This document shows positions 1-15,324 of a stretch of 64,000 nucleotides of DNA, piece by piece. The first letter of the stretch is position 1. Each line of letters opens with the position of its first letter. Source of the stretch: Nageia nagi (lineage: Eukaryota > Plantae > Pinophyta); the NCBI GenBank assembly GCA_050084985.1, contig JBITNC010000001.1, positions 76,074,001 to 76,138,000 of the forward strand, given 5' to 3'. The position numbers were made by a program, and so were the translations under genes. The notes under the pieces are model-generated. The model searched no databases, was not told where the DNA came from, and was given only the letters and a program-made list of their open reading frames with translations.

Positions 1-599
1 AGATCAGGTGAAAGATAAATACATGTAAACCTTACCTAGGTTAAGATGATTATATTTATATAAACTTCTTGAATATGATGGTGATCTTGATATGTGAATC
101 TCATAGAGCACAAAAACTAAAATAACAACACAAATTCTCATAGGAATGCATATGTTTGGTACCGAAATGATAGCATTGATATATATGGTAGTGCAAATAC
201 TAGGCATATGAAAAAAATGCAACCAAGATCCAAACCATAACTGATAATTGATAATTTGATCCAAACATATAATTATGAAATATGAAATAACAAATATGCT
301 CATGATAACAAAATCTCAATCTCAATAGGTGATGTTAATAAATAACTAAACTTTGAAATGATACTAGCTATCAAGATTGATATCTTGATAACTTTACTTG
401 GAATCATATTTACCCTTATATATACAAGATATCCTCCAATTTACCTTTAGAAATGTTAACATCGACACTAGGGTACTTAGCATATAAAATAATAAGATCA
501 CATGAGAAAAGTCCAAGAAAATAGTAATAACATGATATAAGATTAACATGATAAAATACCTAAGGATCACCTTAGATGGAAAATAATTAGGTGTCAACA
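1..599 (-). repeat. Partial 3' LTR of an old Ogre/Tat-type Gypsy element (runs off the window)
   Basis: Ends ...AGGTGTCAACA at 599, followed by AATTCCCCCCT (600-610), which is a minus-strand PPT AGGGGGGAATT. A similar LTR end occurs at ~38350-38491. Confidence 0.7.
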
Positions 600-1429
600 A
601 ATTCCCCCCTTTGCAAATATAATAAAATGAAATAAACTTAATGTAATTATGTTTCCAAAATAAGTAAATAAGAAATAGAAGAATAATTTGATATTTACTT
701 GATTTTGCTAAATAATTATCTAATCATCAAGGAATGATGATATATGATTCCCCCTTTTTCCTTGGTTATGAAATGGAATGGATATCCATGAAATGAGAAC
801 AACCAAGAGAATATAATGAATTGAAAAAGGAGAGATAAAAAACATCACCTTCTAAACATATATGTGATGATAAACCCTTAAATATATAGGAGTGAAAATG
901 AGAGCAATAATCATCATAAGTGCATGATATCATCATCATAATACTTAATCCCCTATTTATAAATAAAAATTTTCATAGTAGAACCAAGCATCCCATTCAT
1001 GGACTCATACATACATTTCATCATAAATGATATAGAAAATAAAGATTAAGTATGAAATTAATATAATATGCACACATCATCATGAAAGAACCAACTATCA
1101 TATTCAATATAAATAAAAATGCCACTATCATATGAAATGTTAAATATGTTAGTATAGACCCAACCAACAAAGTTACTAAACTAAAATGAGGGTCACAATG
1201 TCATGGAAGCAACAAGTTGCCCATTCATGGGTGCACATCATCAATGAAGTAAAGAATACCCCATTCATGAATGTATCAAATGATAAAGTGATAAATACCT
1301 AAACTAAAAGGTTTTCATATTCCAATATATAAAATTTTATCAATGTATTCCTAGTAAATATATACAATATGATAAATGCCTAACTCAAACGGTTATCATA
1401 TTCCAAAATGTAATGATAATAAATTCATA

Positions 1430-1640
1430 ATAGTTATGGTTATTTAACATCCACCAAATAAGGACATGTGAATATAAATCTCAAAATAGTGATGGTTATT
1501 TAACATCCACCCAATAAGGATATGTGATCATAAATCTCAAAAATATTTATAGTTATTTAACATCCACCCAACAAGGATATGTGATCATTAATCTCAAAAT
1601 AGAGATGGTTATTTAACATCCAATGAATAAGGATATGGTA
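1430..1640. repeat. ~59-bp tandem repeat, about 4 copies, in the 3' UTR of the Ogre/Tat element
   Basis: Unit approx. ATAGTGATGGTTATTTAACATCCACCCAATAAGGATATGTGATCATAAATCTCAAA, with TATTTAACATCCA recurring at ~60-bp spacing. Confidence 0.85.
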
Positions 1641-2747
1641 ATTTTTTTCAAAATGAAATAAGATTTCAAATTTGTAAATAGTTTTATCAAATAAATGACA
1701 TGACTAAATAATAAAATATATTTTTTGTAAATAACATATATAACAAAATGGTGAAGGAAAGAATACATAAACTTACCATTAATGACTAGGAAGAGAGTAG
1801 AAGAGAGTAGATAACCTAGCATACATTGGCTCTACAATAGGTGTTAATTCTAGTATCATTACTAGTCCTGAAAGTTGATCTTTAACACAAACTAAAACAT
1901 CCATAGATACATCTATAAAAACTACAAAATATTGATCATAAAAATTACCATTATCTTCAAGGCATCAACTAAATGATTCACGAATTCAAACTAGGATAAT
2001 AGAGGATATATTTTTTTTAATCTTATTTTTTGACATTTTATGAACTAAAGGATACCTCTTAGATAAAAGGCATAACAATGCTTCTAAATTATTGTACATC
2101 AAAGAAAGGATTGCATGAGCACTGAGATACATATGCCAAAAGTACAAATACTAGCACTAATGCTAGGATAATAAAATAGAAATGGAATTGATAAAATCAT
2201 CTAAGATATCTAAAAAATCTCCTAAATGAACATGATTCAATATAATACAAGTGATAGGATTCTCTTATGCATGGAAGGGTTTCATATACCTAGCATTCAA
2301 ATAAAATTTATCTTCTCTTCCATTAATAATTACCAAGTTGTGTGCTCCTTTAGGATATTTAAGCTTAATAATATATGAACTAGTTCAATTTGTCTCAAAC
2401 TTACCTTTTTTTTCTTTCTCAGCCTAAGTTTTATGATGATTTCTTTTCAAAAATAAATCACCTACCTAAAATTCCCTTTGTCTTATCATCTTTGCATATG
2501 CCTTTTTAGTTCCTTTTTGATATGCTATAAGATAATCCAAAGTATGGATTCATTTCTCATCTAATCCTTCCAACTATATTAACCATGTTTTTGTTTTCTC
2601 TTACCAATTAATAATAACTTCATACATACCCTCAAATATGGAATTTCTAAGTCCAAAGGAAGAAATATATCATTCCCATAGACCAATGAGAATGGAGTAC
2701 ACCTAGTTATAGACTTGATACTTATTCTATAGGCCCATAATACATAT

Positions 2748-3405
2748 TGTAGACACCTAAAAATGATTTATTATATATTAATAAATCATATTCTAAGTAT
2801 CTATGCTATATATTATTTAAATCATGCAAATATATATTATATCAAAACTAACATGATAATTAAATGCTCAACATGTTCTAATCAAGGTTATATCTCTTAA
2901 TCATGTTTATATATAGAATTATCTTGAGAATATTATTAATATTGCATGTTTGTATATAATTCTATTGAGATTATTATTATTATTATTATTACAAATTCAT
3001 ATCTCACTCTCTTTTGTGTCCTTGCACATATAAAAGGAGGTGCACAACATAATAACCCTATCAGATCTCTTTGATAGGTAGTTGTCTATATATCAACTAC
3101 ACTACCTAATAATATTCTCTTGATGATCCCTATATAAGAATTTTTTATGCTCTGAGCTTTTAAATACATATTATCTTCATTACTTTTTTTCATACCATGA
3201 ACCCTAGAGAGTCCATAGTGTGAGGCAATTATTAACATGATGTCCATGTCATGCCTTTTTGCAATCTAGAGCTATAGATTTGGGGGACATCAAGCATTAG
3301 TATGAGAAACAAAATATATTTATAGCCTCATATTCAATTCAATCCCATCCTTTGGATAATAATTTAATATCTTGAGGATTTCTTACTTATCATATCAGGT
3401 GCACA
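2748..3405. mobile_element. Probable solo LTR inserted in the integrase region
   Basis: Begins TGTAGACACCT and ends AGGTGCACA (short inverted termini). Integrase-like sequence resumes on both sides; the TSD is only partial (CATAT/CATTC). Confidence 0.5.
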
Positions 3406-3956
3406 CATTCTTGGTGTTATTTAGGTAGCCTCGATAAGTGACTTCCACCATATATTATAGATTTATATTTACTATATTTTAATATTGTAAATCATTATTT
3501 AGTGTTTACACATATAATAATTGTGAATATCAATCTTTTTGATTCTTTTTTATAGATTTTCATAATAGTCTTATCAATTGCTTTAGCTTGCCTATTGTTT
3601 GGGGATAGTATATGGATGAAAACAAATGTCTAATCTTAAATTCTTTGAAAAGTTTCCTTATATGATTTCTTCTAAACTTATTTTAATTATCCATGATTAT
3701 ATGAAAGGGAACACCAACCCTTACAATAATATTATGAATCAAAACTTTCATAATTTGAGGACTATTAGATGACTTCAAAGGTACAAATTATGCCCATATA
3801 GTGAAATACTCAATAGAAACCAACATAAAATTATACCTTCAATAGATATAAGATCTATCACTCCAACTAATTCTAAATCCCAAATATAAAATGGCCAAGG
3901 AGAAACCATTGTAGCCAACTCACTTGAAGGATCCAATCTTAAGTTAGCATACTTTT

Positions 3957-6766
3957 TGTAAAGAACCAAAACCACACATGACTAATAAAAGAGGGACTTA
4001 AAAAAAAAAAAAACAAAATTCTTAGGTGAATTATTTTACTTTAGAGCATTGATAGATATTCAAGAAATTTTACCTTGTCTTGCATACATGAATATTAGTA
4101 TGATATATTTATCTGAAGAATGATTATTGAAAGATCCAAATTTTATGTCTTTATGTTAGATGGAAGAGATTGGGCTTGGATCCCATAACTCCACTCATTA
4201 ACATGCATGGCCCTCATGTTTAAACTCCACATTTATCCCCTAGAATATCGTTAATGGATAATATTTCCCTTCCTACTTACCACTTGAGTCTCACCTAGAA
4301 CTCTATTTACATAGGGGGTTAAAGATTTAACCTAGGTATACTATCCTAGATTAATGAAAATAGTACCCCATCGATTCTTGGTGATAGAAAATACTAGTTT
4401 AAGAAGAAATATCAAGATTATTGATTGAGCATAACATATATAGTATAACTTTGCAATGAAATTAATCTATTATAGTTAAACACAAGAGACCTTTATTTTC
4501 TCTAATGTTAGTATCATAGTGATGCCTTCACAACCATCATACTTACTAGTTAGTTTGCTAGCTAGAGTTCACCTATCAATGGGGCAAAAAGGAAGAAAAT
4601 CCCAATGAACTCTCATAACCAATGAACTCTCATAACCATGCCTAAACACCACTGCTAAATGTTTAAAGAATACATGCATTCTGATTTGGACCATATAAAT
4701 TTAATCATCACTGATAATAACTTTCTACACACATTTACAACATAGGTAAAAACAACTATAAAATCATCATGCAAGGAATAAGAATATCATTTTTTATAAC
4801 ATATATACTTAAATAGATGAAATAAAAGTATCAAGTAATAACCCATTTTAACAACATACATATATAACAATCCACAAGTTTATTTATCAATCTATAAAAT
4901 ATATCCATAAGTATAGTTTCCATACCATATTGTCGAACAAGACCCTAAAGGCCACCTTCATTATTTACAATATTTTGTTTCTATATTCCTACATATTATC
5001 AATAATCAACTTCTAGAGATATACATTTGAAATCAATATTCTAAAAAATTGATATATAATTACATGTATCGAATAAGCTTAACAAAAATTGGATCATTCT
5101 CAACTACACAATAATACTAAGTCCAATCATCCACCATAGCTCCTTTTGTGCCAACCTGTGCTCCAATTTAGAACAACATAAGGGTTAGATTTAGACATCT
5201 CAGTAAGGAATTCCTTTACTTAAGCAATTAAAAATTTCTTAAGAAATTTATTTCCAATAACCATAAAAATAATAAAGTAATATCCATTCAATAATGTAAC
5301 AATAAATAACTTATCAAAATGTAGTCATAGAATGATATCAAACCATCAATGTCCTTTAATTTAAACACTAATAAGATTTCTCACCTCAACCTTGACCTCA
5401 TCACCAAGAGGATCATTAAAATCATGTCAATTCTAGTCATGGTGTAGTCATAGTTTTTGATGCAAGTAAGGAAAGAAGGAATTTAGTTAAGGTTTAGGTT
5501 CACATTAAGAGTTAGTTTAAGTTTTGTAGCCTTATATGGAGGATTTAAACCCCCACAATTCATAAAGGTATTTTTGAACAACTGGCTAGCCAAGGGTTTT
5601 ACCTATTTAGGCTCACCTCAATGTCATGCAACCATAGGGTGAGCTTTCCATAAAAATGCAATAAAAATGCATAGGAATGGAACCTATTTTAACCCAATTG
5701 ACCATGCAAATAGAATCCTAAAAGATAAAACTAGTATTCTCCTATAGTTAAAGCATTTTAACATTCCAAAACAACATAGTATCCCCCCATAAATTTGCAT
5801 AAAATCCCAGAATGGAATCCCCTATTTATTTTACCACCATAATGCAATTTTAATAATAAAATAATGACATAATAATTTTACAATAATAACATTATGAAAA
5901 AACCATGAAAATTCCCATAAACCCTTTTCATTTTCCTTATGAATCAACATATTAAGAAATCCATATTGCTTGGGAAAGGAATGAACCCTACTAGTTTAAT
6001 AAGGATGATGAGTTTATGATCTCATCCTTAGTAGTCCATGAACAAGCCCAAATACTCAGTCTGATGATATTCTAATGAAATGTACCATGGATGGATATCT
6101 ACCATACATTTCTCCCTCGTAGTCCATTAATAACCAATAATATGTGATTGATTAGCCCATTTCCATACCAGCCAAATTCAAAGTACATAAATACCTACTC
6201 AAAATGCACACCCTCTTTCTCAATCATCATTAAACTAAACTGAGAGATCACATAACACCTAAGCTTAGGGTATTTTGTAATAATTTATATCAAGGAAAAA
6301 TATCAATATTGATCAAGAATTAAGTTAATATAGGGGGTAATCTCCCATGATTAAACCACTCTCCTCTATGAATAATAACACTTGTAGCTTGTGTGACAAG
6401 ATAACTTGACAAGACTAGTCGTAAACTTTCAAATTTTCCACTTTCTTGACTTGTGATCTACAATTAGGATTTCTATTGCAATGCTTTAGGATTTCAAATC
6501 AAGGAGGGAAATCCTCTTTTATTTTTAATGTATAATGTTTATGTTCTAGGATAAAATATTTAGACTTTGCTAGAAAATAACATTGGTCTAGTAGGTGTTA
6601 GGGGGTTGGGTGGGTAATTAGGTTTTATACTTAGGTTTTCAATTTCATTCACCACTAACATTACATAATGGGTAAGTGCAAGAAGATGAGTCCCACTTTG
6701 GAGGAAGTCTTAAGAACTAATAGGTTTTTGTATTTGTTTAATAACTTTTTATTTTTTAGAATCGTA

Positions 6767-6799
<33 letters not shown>

Positions 6800-8069
6800 C
6801 TTCATGCAATTCTTCACAAGTTAAAATAAAAATAAAAATGATATGTTTAGGTCAAATTATGCTTATTAGACATAAGCACTTTTCGAAATGATAATTAGGG
6901 CCAATAAAAAATAAATATTATAAAATAATATCTTGCACAATCTTTAGTATCTTAAGTATGTTTTCCCAAAAGGATTTTAAAATATTTTAATTTAGATCCA
7001 ATTATGCTTGCCAAACACGATTGGATATGGTCCTAAAACTATATTTTTTAAATAGTGGGTTTCATATTTGTTTAATTACTTCTTATTTTTATTTTTTTGT
7101 AATTATGAAAAAATATATATGCACAATCTGCATACAATTATTTACAAGTTAAAAAATTAAAAATGATAGGTTTACATCAAATTATGCTTATCGGACATGA
7201 ACACTTTTTAAAATGATAATTAGGGCCAATAAAAAATTAATTAAATATAAATATTCATAAAACAATTATAAACAAATATCCTACATAATCTTTAGTATCT
7301 TATGTATTTTTAACCAAAAGTATTTAAAAATATATTTTAATTTAGGTCCAATTATGCTTGTCGAATAAGATGGGGTATGGTCCTAATAATGTATTTTTTA
7401 AATAGTAATTTTTAAACATGCCTATAAAATATTAATTTATATCATCTAGATATTAGAATAAAATACATATTTTTAAACTAGACTTGAATAACTACATTTT
7501 TACCCAAGTGACCTTTTTCAAGATTTGGACTCTAAGTGCTTCAAATTTTGATATCAAGTTTGACTAAACCTAAAAATTAGGGAAAATATTTCCACTTTTT
7601 AGCCAAAAGTGGGACTCATCTTCTTTCACTTACCCTATTAATACTAGAATTTAGGTTAATTTACTATCACATTACATTATATTTCTAACCCTAAGGTTTT
7701 GTTAATAAATTTTAAGGTTAGATTGTTAACCTTTGACATTATAAAAATCTCATGCTAACATATTGAAATAATGCAAAGGGGAAATAATACTGTAAACCTA
7801 ATTTGGATGGATTAAGAGTTTGGGCTTTCCCAAAGCTCATTATCATTAAACCCTATGTAGGACTACATGATTATACCTTATCAAATTTAATATGATCCTG
7901 CAACATGGGAGTTTAAACATGATATGAAATAATGCAACCTGAAGATGAGTAGATTACAAACATAATAAAGCCTACATTTATCTTTATTTCCATAATGCAA
8001 TTATTCACACAATAATTAAAAGTAAAACCATTATAAGGAATGCAACATTTGGAGGAAAGGGCCATCATA
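3957..8069 (-). repeat. 3' LTR of the chromovirus-type element (contains a 966-bp insertion)
   Basis: Colinear with 18361-21587 along its length, with clear divergence. Confidence 0.85.
6670..7635. mobile_element. Non-autonomous TIR DNA transposon (MULE/MITE-like)
   Basis: ~32-bp TIRs: GGGTAAGTGCAAGAAGATGAGTCCCACTTTGG and CCAAAAGTGGGACTCATCTTCTTTCACTTACCC. Absent from the sister LTR. Degenerate flanking duplication (TACATAAT/TATTAAT), internal ~335-bp tandem duplication and a (TA)n tract. Confidence 0.8.
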
Positions 8070-9349
8070 TTCACCCTCGCTAATATTAAACACAATCCCT
8101 GTGTTTAGGGCTAGTCTATGAAAATAAATCTGGAAATTATTTTGTATTAAATTCAAATCCTCTAAGGTGGAATTATTCTATGAATATTGATCATATTGTA
8201 CTATGCACTGATCTACATTTATATTTTTGAGATTCTTAGTGTGAGCTTTTAGTATTCTTATAGGATTTACCTCCATATTCAAAGGATTTATCATCTCTAA
8301 TTTATTCACATACCAAACATGCAAAGGGTTAGGTGTGTACTTTTTAAGGAGTGATACATAAAAGGCATTATGCAATTTAGGTAAACTGGTTAAAAAATTT
8401 AGACAATAAGCTACAATATTGACTCTCTCTAGGATCTTGAAAGGTCCTACATAATGGACATATAACTTGGAGGACTTGATAAAACTTTTTTTAGGATTGA
8501 ATCTAAGGAAAACTTTATATCCAACTACAAATTTTATATATGTTCTATGCCAATGACTTACACTCTTTTATCTATCAAAGGATTCCTTTAGGTTATTGTG
8601 AATGGTCTTAAGCTAAGCTTCCATATCTTACAACATTTTATTGATAAAATTTTCCCTCTCCTCTAATATTTCCCAAGGCACTAGAGTTCTACATTTGTTT
8701 AATATAGGGCCTCAAAGGGTAATAATTTTAGAGATTTCTAGTATACATTATTATATGCAAACTCTACTAAATGTAGATAGGATTTCCATTTAATTTTTTG
8801 GTGGTTACATTAGATCTTAAGCATTTCTTCAAGAATTTGATTTACCCTTTCTATATAACCATCTAAATTTGGATGCTATGCAAAGCTAAAATGAAGTTTA
8901 GTTTCTACCTCAATATGCAAGGCATGTCAAAAACTAGATGTAAATTTACTATCTCTATCACAAACAATTATCTTAGAAAATCCATGCAATCTAAATATTT
9001 ATTTCATGAAATTTTGGGCAATGCCATATTCATCTTTTGTAGTATTACCAAGAATGAAGTGTGTCACTTTAGTTAGTCTATCAACTACAACAAAAATGGA
9101 AACATGCTAGTATCTTATCCTTGGAATACCTAAAATGAATTCCATGATGATGAACTACCATTTTTGTTCAAGAATGGTAAGAGGATGAAACAACCCTACA
9201 AGATGCTTATGATTTATTTTGATCTTTTCATAGTCTATGCATTTAGTTACATACTCAACTATGTCCTTTTTCATCCCTCTCGAGTAATACTACTTTTTAA
9301 TATTTTCTCTCATTTTTTTCACCCCTAGGTTTGTAGAAAAATATGTAAC

Positions 9350-12300
9350 ATTTATTAAATATGGCTCATCCTTTGTATAGCAAGTACTATACCCTAAACC
9401 CCTACCTCAGGGATTCACTTAATATCCCCCCATATTAGGTGAACCAAAGTAAATGTTGTATGTTCCTTATGTTTGTAAGATTATTGTGTTCAAATTAATC
9501 CATTTCTACACTATAATTTAAGAATAGGTTTAGATAAGACTCTTCATCTGGTATCATAGCTAAGGTATTTCATACATAGAGAGATGCCTTTATTGTTAGG
9601 GTTTAGTTTGTTTTGAAGATGATCTAGGGTTTCTAAGTATTTCAAAAAACCTATTCTAGAGTGGGAGCTTCATGGAAAAAGATCTTGAAGAAGAAAATAT
9701 CTAAAATTAATTAAGGATTGAGACTAAAAAAATTGATGGGAAAATATTCAAGTTATGAAATTTAAATATGGAGGATCTTCTCATGGATAGAGCTTTATGA
9801 TTTGTTATCTTTAAAAACAAACCATAGAATACTTTCGATGAAGATTGGTACAATATAATTAAAAATTGAGTAGTTTAATCTATTCATGTCATTCTGATTT
9901 AGTGATGATTAATATTTATGGAGAAAATACTCTAAAGGCTCTCTAGGAGAAGTTGGTGGCTTTGTATCAAAGTAAGTCCCTAGTTAACAAACTATTCCTC
10001 GAAAGAAATTGTATAATATCCATATGTATGATGGAGATTTGATAAGAAATGATCTCAATGAATTCAAAAAGATAGTAAGTTAACTTTAATCTATTAATGT
10101 TAAGATTACAAAAGAAGATAAATACATTACATTACTATGCTCTCTACCAAATTTATGTGATAACTTGTTTGTAGCATTTGGGAGCAATTATTTTAGTTTG
10201 TCATTGAAAGATGTAGTGGCATCCTTGTTACTAGAGGATTTGAGGAGAAGATCCATGGAGTTTATGCTCTCTTTCCTTTGTTTATCCTCTTCCTATTAGG
10301 GTTTATGAAAATTTGGTGGTAGATCTAGTCCTAAATGTTGGAATTATGAAATGATTGACCATTTGAAGAGAGATTATAGATCAAAAATTGTGGATCTAAG
10401 GCATAGAAATGAAAAATACACTTTTGTAGAAGCCAAGAAATCTAATGATGAAATTGGGGATGCATATTAGGCTTCTTGGTCCACTAAAGTAGATCAAAAT
10501 AATTTGGTAATTGATACAGGTGCCTCCTTTTATATGAATCCTTGTAAGGAGTGGTTATGGAAATATTAAGAATATGATGGAAAAGAGGTGCTCTTTAGAG
10601 ATGATAACCTTGTATAATTGTTGTTAATGGAAGGATGAAACTAAATTTTCATGATGGTAGGGTGATAACCCTCCCAAAAGTGGCACATATTCCATGTCTT
10701 ACTAGAAATTTGATTTTTATATGCAAGATGGTTAATACATATGTAGATTATAGTCTCATGAAGATTGGATGTAAGATGGTTCATGGATAAATGGTGTTGG
10801 TATGAGGGGTTAAATATGGAACCATGTATAGCTATTAGAAAACATTATGATACCTCAGTGCAATGGTGCATCTATTTCTAAGGCTAAACTAGATGATACT
10901 TTTGTTGATGAGTCAACATGTTGGAATCAAAGAATGAGACATATTGGAGAGAAGGGATTATGAAATTTATATAGAAAATATATGGTTGAATTATTTCTTG
11001 ATTACTTTATGCATTTTGATTTTTGTGAGAATTATATTTATGGCAAGTAAAAATGTGTGAGTTTTCGATCTAGAGCTATAAGATTGAAAGGAGTTCTAGA
11101 TTTGATCCATAGTGATATTTTTCATCCTATTCTTGTACCATACCTTGGAAAATCATGGTACTATATTTCTTTTATAGATAATTTTTTAAGATATACATGG
11201 ATCTATTTTTTCAAGAGCAAAGCTGAAGTGTATGATAAATTTCAAGAATTTAAAGCACATGTTGAGAACTAAATTGGAAAGAAAATCAAGGTATTGAGGA
11301 GTGATAGTCAAGAAGAATATTTTTTAAATAAATTTAAGGATTTTTGTAAGAAATATTATATTACAAGTTATAATAATACTCCATATACACCTCAATAAAA
11401 TGAATTTATTGAGAGACTGAACAAATCTCTTGTGCAAAGGTAAGGAATATAATCAGTGGTGCTAGATTGGCATAAGAATTTTGGGTAGAAGTAAAGGATA
11501 CACTATGCTACCTATTAAATTAGTCTCTTACATGAATGTTGCCTAACCAAAATCCATTTGAAGCATTATTTTGTAAGAAACCCTATCACATGTTAAATTT
11601 TTGCCTATGATGCATTCATGCATATTCCAAATGAAAAAAGGAGTAAGCTTCACAATAAGGTTGTTAAGTGTATCGTTATTGGTTAGAAAGATGGTTTTAA
11701 AGGGTATAAACTTTGGAATCTAGAAACTAAGAGTACTTCCTACAATACAGATATGGTGTTTAGAGAACTAAAAAGTGATCCCATGAATGATGTAACATAA
11801 GAAGAACAAAAAAAAGGTGCAATTTATGTTTATGGAAGATGAGTACTACCCAATAGAAATAGAAGAAGAAGAAGATGAACCAAATTTTTATACACCACTC
11901 TTAAGGAGATCAACATGTGAAATAAGGCAACCTAAAAGGTATATCCCATTTGATTTTTATTCTTCTTTTTATTTATCTGTTACTAATGAAGATCCTAAAA
12001 CTATTAAGGAAGAAGTTAATTTTGAAGAGACAAATCTTTGGGAAGAGACAATGAATAAAGAAATTATGTCTCTAGAAAAGAATAAGACATGAGATTTGGT
12101 AGAATTTCCTACTAAAAGAAAGTAAATTTATGGCAAATGGGTCTTCAAGAAGAATTAAAATGCTCAAGGAAATGTGGAGAAATATAAATCCCATGTTGTT
12201 CGACAAGGCTATTCATAGGTAGAGGAAATTTACTATCATGAGATATTTTCTCCTTTTGCAAAGTTAACCTCAATAAGATGTCTTTTGTCTATGGCTACTA

Positions 12301-13835
12301 CATTTGATTTGGAAATAGGGTAAATGGATGTAAAAATTACTTTCCTTCACAAGGAATCAGAGGTGGAAATTAATATGATATAACCTAAAGGATTTGGTGA
12401 GGTAGGAAAGGAAAATCTTGTTTGTAAGTTAAAGAAATCTCTATATGGATTGAAATAGTTACCTAGGATGTGGTATCAAAAATGTGATACTAACATTTTA
12501 GAAATGGTTTTTTTCATATAAATGTTGATCATTGTATATACATAAAATAATTTGATGATATTTTTATTATCATAACATTTTATGTTGCTCATTGGGAATA
12601 ATAATAAAATGGTTAATGTTGTGAGGTATCTATTAGCACAACAATTTGATATGAAAGACCTTGGAATTGCAAATTACATTTTGGACATGCAAATAAGGAG
12701 AGATAGATCAAATAGAAAGTTATTGCTAGATCAAAAAAATAAATATTGAGACTATACTAAAGATATTCAATATGCATGATTTCAAACCTATCAAAACTCC
12801 TATAACTTCGAGAAATAAAATATCTATTGAACAATTCTCAAAGATATAAGAAGTTAAAGAAATATCTTATTTTCCTTATGCAAATTTTTTAGGGAGTTTG
12901 ATGAATGTTATGGTTTGTACTAGACTTGATATTGCACATGCAGTGGGAGTTATGAGTAGATACATGTCTAAGCCTAAAATAGGGCACTAGATTTCTATGA
13001 AGAGAGTGCTCACATATTTATGTAGGTACAACTAATTTATTAATCTATTATCAAAGGGAAAAGAAAGGAAAAATACCTATATATTTAGGGTTTTTATTGA
13101 TGTAGATTGGGTAGGAGATTTTGATAATAGAGCATCTACCAGTGGCTATGTCTTCAATTTGTTTAGAGGAGCCACTAGTTGGATGAGTAAAAGGCAAGTT
13201 GTTGTTGGCTTTTCAACTACTAAAGCTAAATACATGGTAGATACTCATGCAAGAAAAGAAGCAATATGGTTGTAGAGATTATGTGCTGATATTGGTTTTG
13301 CACAAAGAGCTATGCAGGTGAATTATGATAGCTAAAGTGCTATCTTCCTAAGTAAGAATCCTAATTTTCATGTAAGAACCAAGAACATTGATATTTAGTA
13401 CCACTTTAGGAGGGACATGATTGAATAAAAGAAAGTGTGGTTGGAAATAGTGGACATATAGGAAAATATTATCGATGCATTGACCAAGGTTGTTAGCATA
13501 AAGAACTTCATGTTTTGTACATGAGAGATGGGTTTGGATAACCCAATACATTTTGTACCTTTTTTGCAAATTATTCACTAAGTGTGATAATGTTGTAAAT
13601 GTTGGACTATTAGGGGTGTTATATATATATTTATTATAATGAGCTATTTATGGTGGATTATTCATTATAAGAAATAATATAGAAGGAGAAGAAGCTCTTG
13701 ACATGCTAGACTAGCCAACATTGGGTAAAATAGGATAAATCTTGTATGTTCCTTGTGTTTGTGAGATTCTTGTGTTCAAATTAATCGATTTTTGCACTAT
13801 AATTTAAGGATTGGTTTAGATAAGAGTCCTCAACA
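9350..13835 (+). mobile_element. Degenerate full-length Ty1/Copia element nested in the Gypsy integrase
   Basis: 5' LTR ends at 9546, then PBS TGGTATCATAGC (9549-9560). Gag, protease (DTGASFYM), integrase (LDLIHSDI, YYISFIDNFLRYTW), RT (*MDVK, KLKKSLYGLK) and RNase H in Copia order. 3' LTR 13591-13835 (TGTTG...CAACA). The 5' LTR start is approximate. Confidence 0.9.
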
Positions 13836-15324
13836 TGAGACTCATACAAGATTTATTTCCTTAGGTTTCCTTCATCTAGAATTACTATTTTATCACCAAA
13901 ATAAATTAAATTATCCTTTCCAAGGTTGAACCATTCAAGGATAACTTTTTCTATCCTCTTCCTTTATTCAATATAGAAATTATCCCTTGATTGATACTAT
14001 TAAATTATAGTTTTTAGATCAAATTTTTAATTAGAAATGGTGAATAGCTAGAGTCTTTTCCTACTTAAGTCATTTTCCACTTTTTTTTCCCAACTCTTGA
14101 TGTACTCAATTTTTAGATTATGTACTCCATTATGAATTACATAGACCTCCTTTGGCAAGATTTCAAATTGGGTTGGGTAAATAAATAATTTAGACCATGA
14201 TGATTTGATTTGATCACTATAGGCCTACCTAGGAGGTAATGGCTCCACATTTTTAATGCATATACTATGATCGTAACCTACAACTAATGAGTAGCATAAT
14301 TATTCTCATGATATTTAAGTTAAGCTACCACATAATTGGCTCTTGCATTAACATACCTCCCAATCCTTCTCCACTAGCATTAGTGAAAACTAAGAAATCT
14401 TTATATAGATTAGTTAGTTTTAGGATGGGAGAAGTAGTTAACTTTTCTTTAAGAAATTCAAATGCCTACTAACCTTTTTTTGACGATGCAAATTAATTTC
14501 CTTTATTTTACAAATGCATTATGGGATAGGTCATTTTTGAAAAATATTTACAAATTTTCAATAATAACTTGTCAACCCCATAAAAATTCAAATTTTTCTC
14601 ATATTTATTGGGGCCAATCAATCTCTAATAACCTCTATTTTCTTTGGATCTATAGTTACTCCCTTCTCAAAAATCATACAGGCAATATAATGTATGCTAG
14701 GGGTGTAAAAATCACACTTTGTTAACTTATCATACAATTAATTTTCCCTCAAAATATATAGAGTTTATTCTAAGATGTTGATCATATTCCTCTATAGTTT
14801 TTAAATAAATTATATTTTTATCCAAGAACACAGCACAAACTAATCTAATTACCTACTAAATAAATTATTCATAAGGTTCATGAAAGTTGTTCGTACATTG
14901 GTAATACCAAAGGGCAGCATCATGAATTCATAATTTACCATACTTGGTCTTGAAAGTAGTTTTAAAAGTATCTTGGTCATTCATTATTAGTGGGTAATAT
15001 CCTGACCTAAGGTCAATTTTATTAGAAATGCATGCACCATGTAACTAATTAAACAAATCATCAATTTTGGGAAAATAATATCCATGGTTATGTGTAAGGA
15101 ATTTTGGCTAATCAAAATAAATAAAATAGTGGTGAAATAATTTTGAAATCTTGGTGATTTTATCCCAAAACACCATAAAAGTAGTCGTGATATTTCAAAT
15201 TTTTAAGAACTATGTTATAAAATATTGGCTAATTGATATCATTTTCTAAAAAAAGTAAAACTTATAGGTAACTTTGAAACATTAGTTTATATCAAATTCT
15301 CATATTAAGTTATAAGATCTCCAT

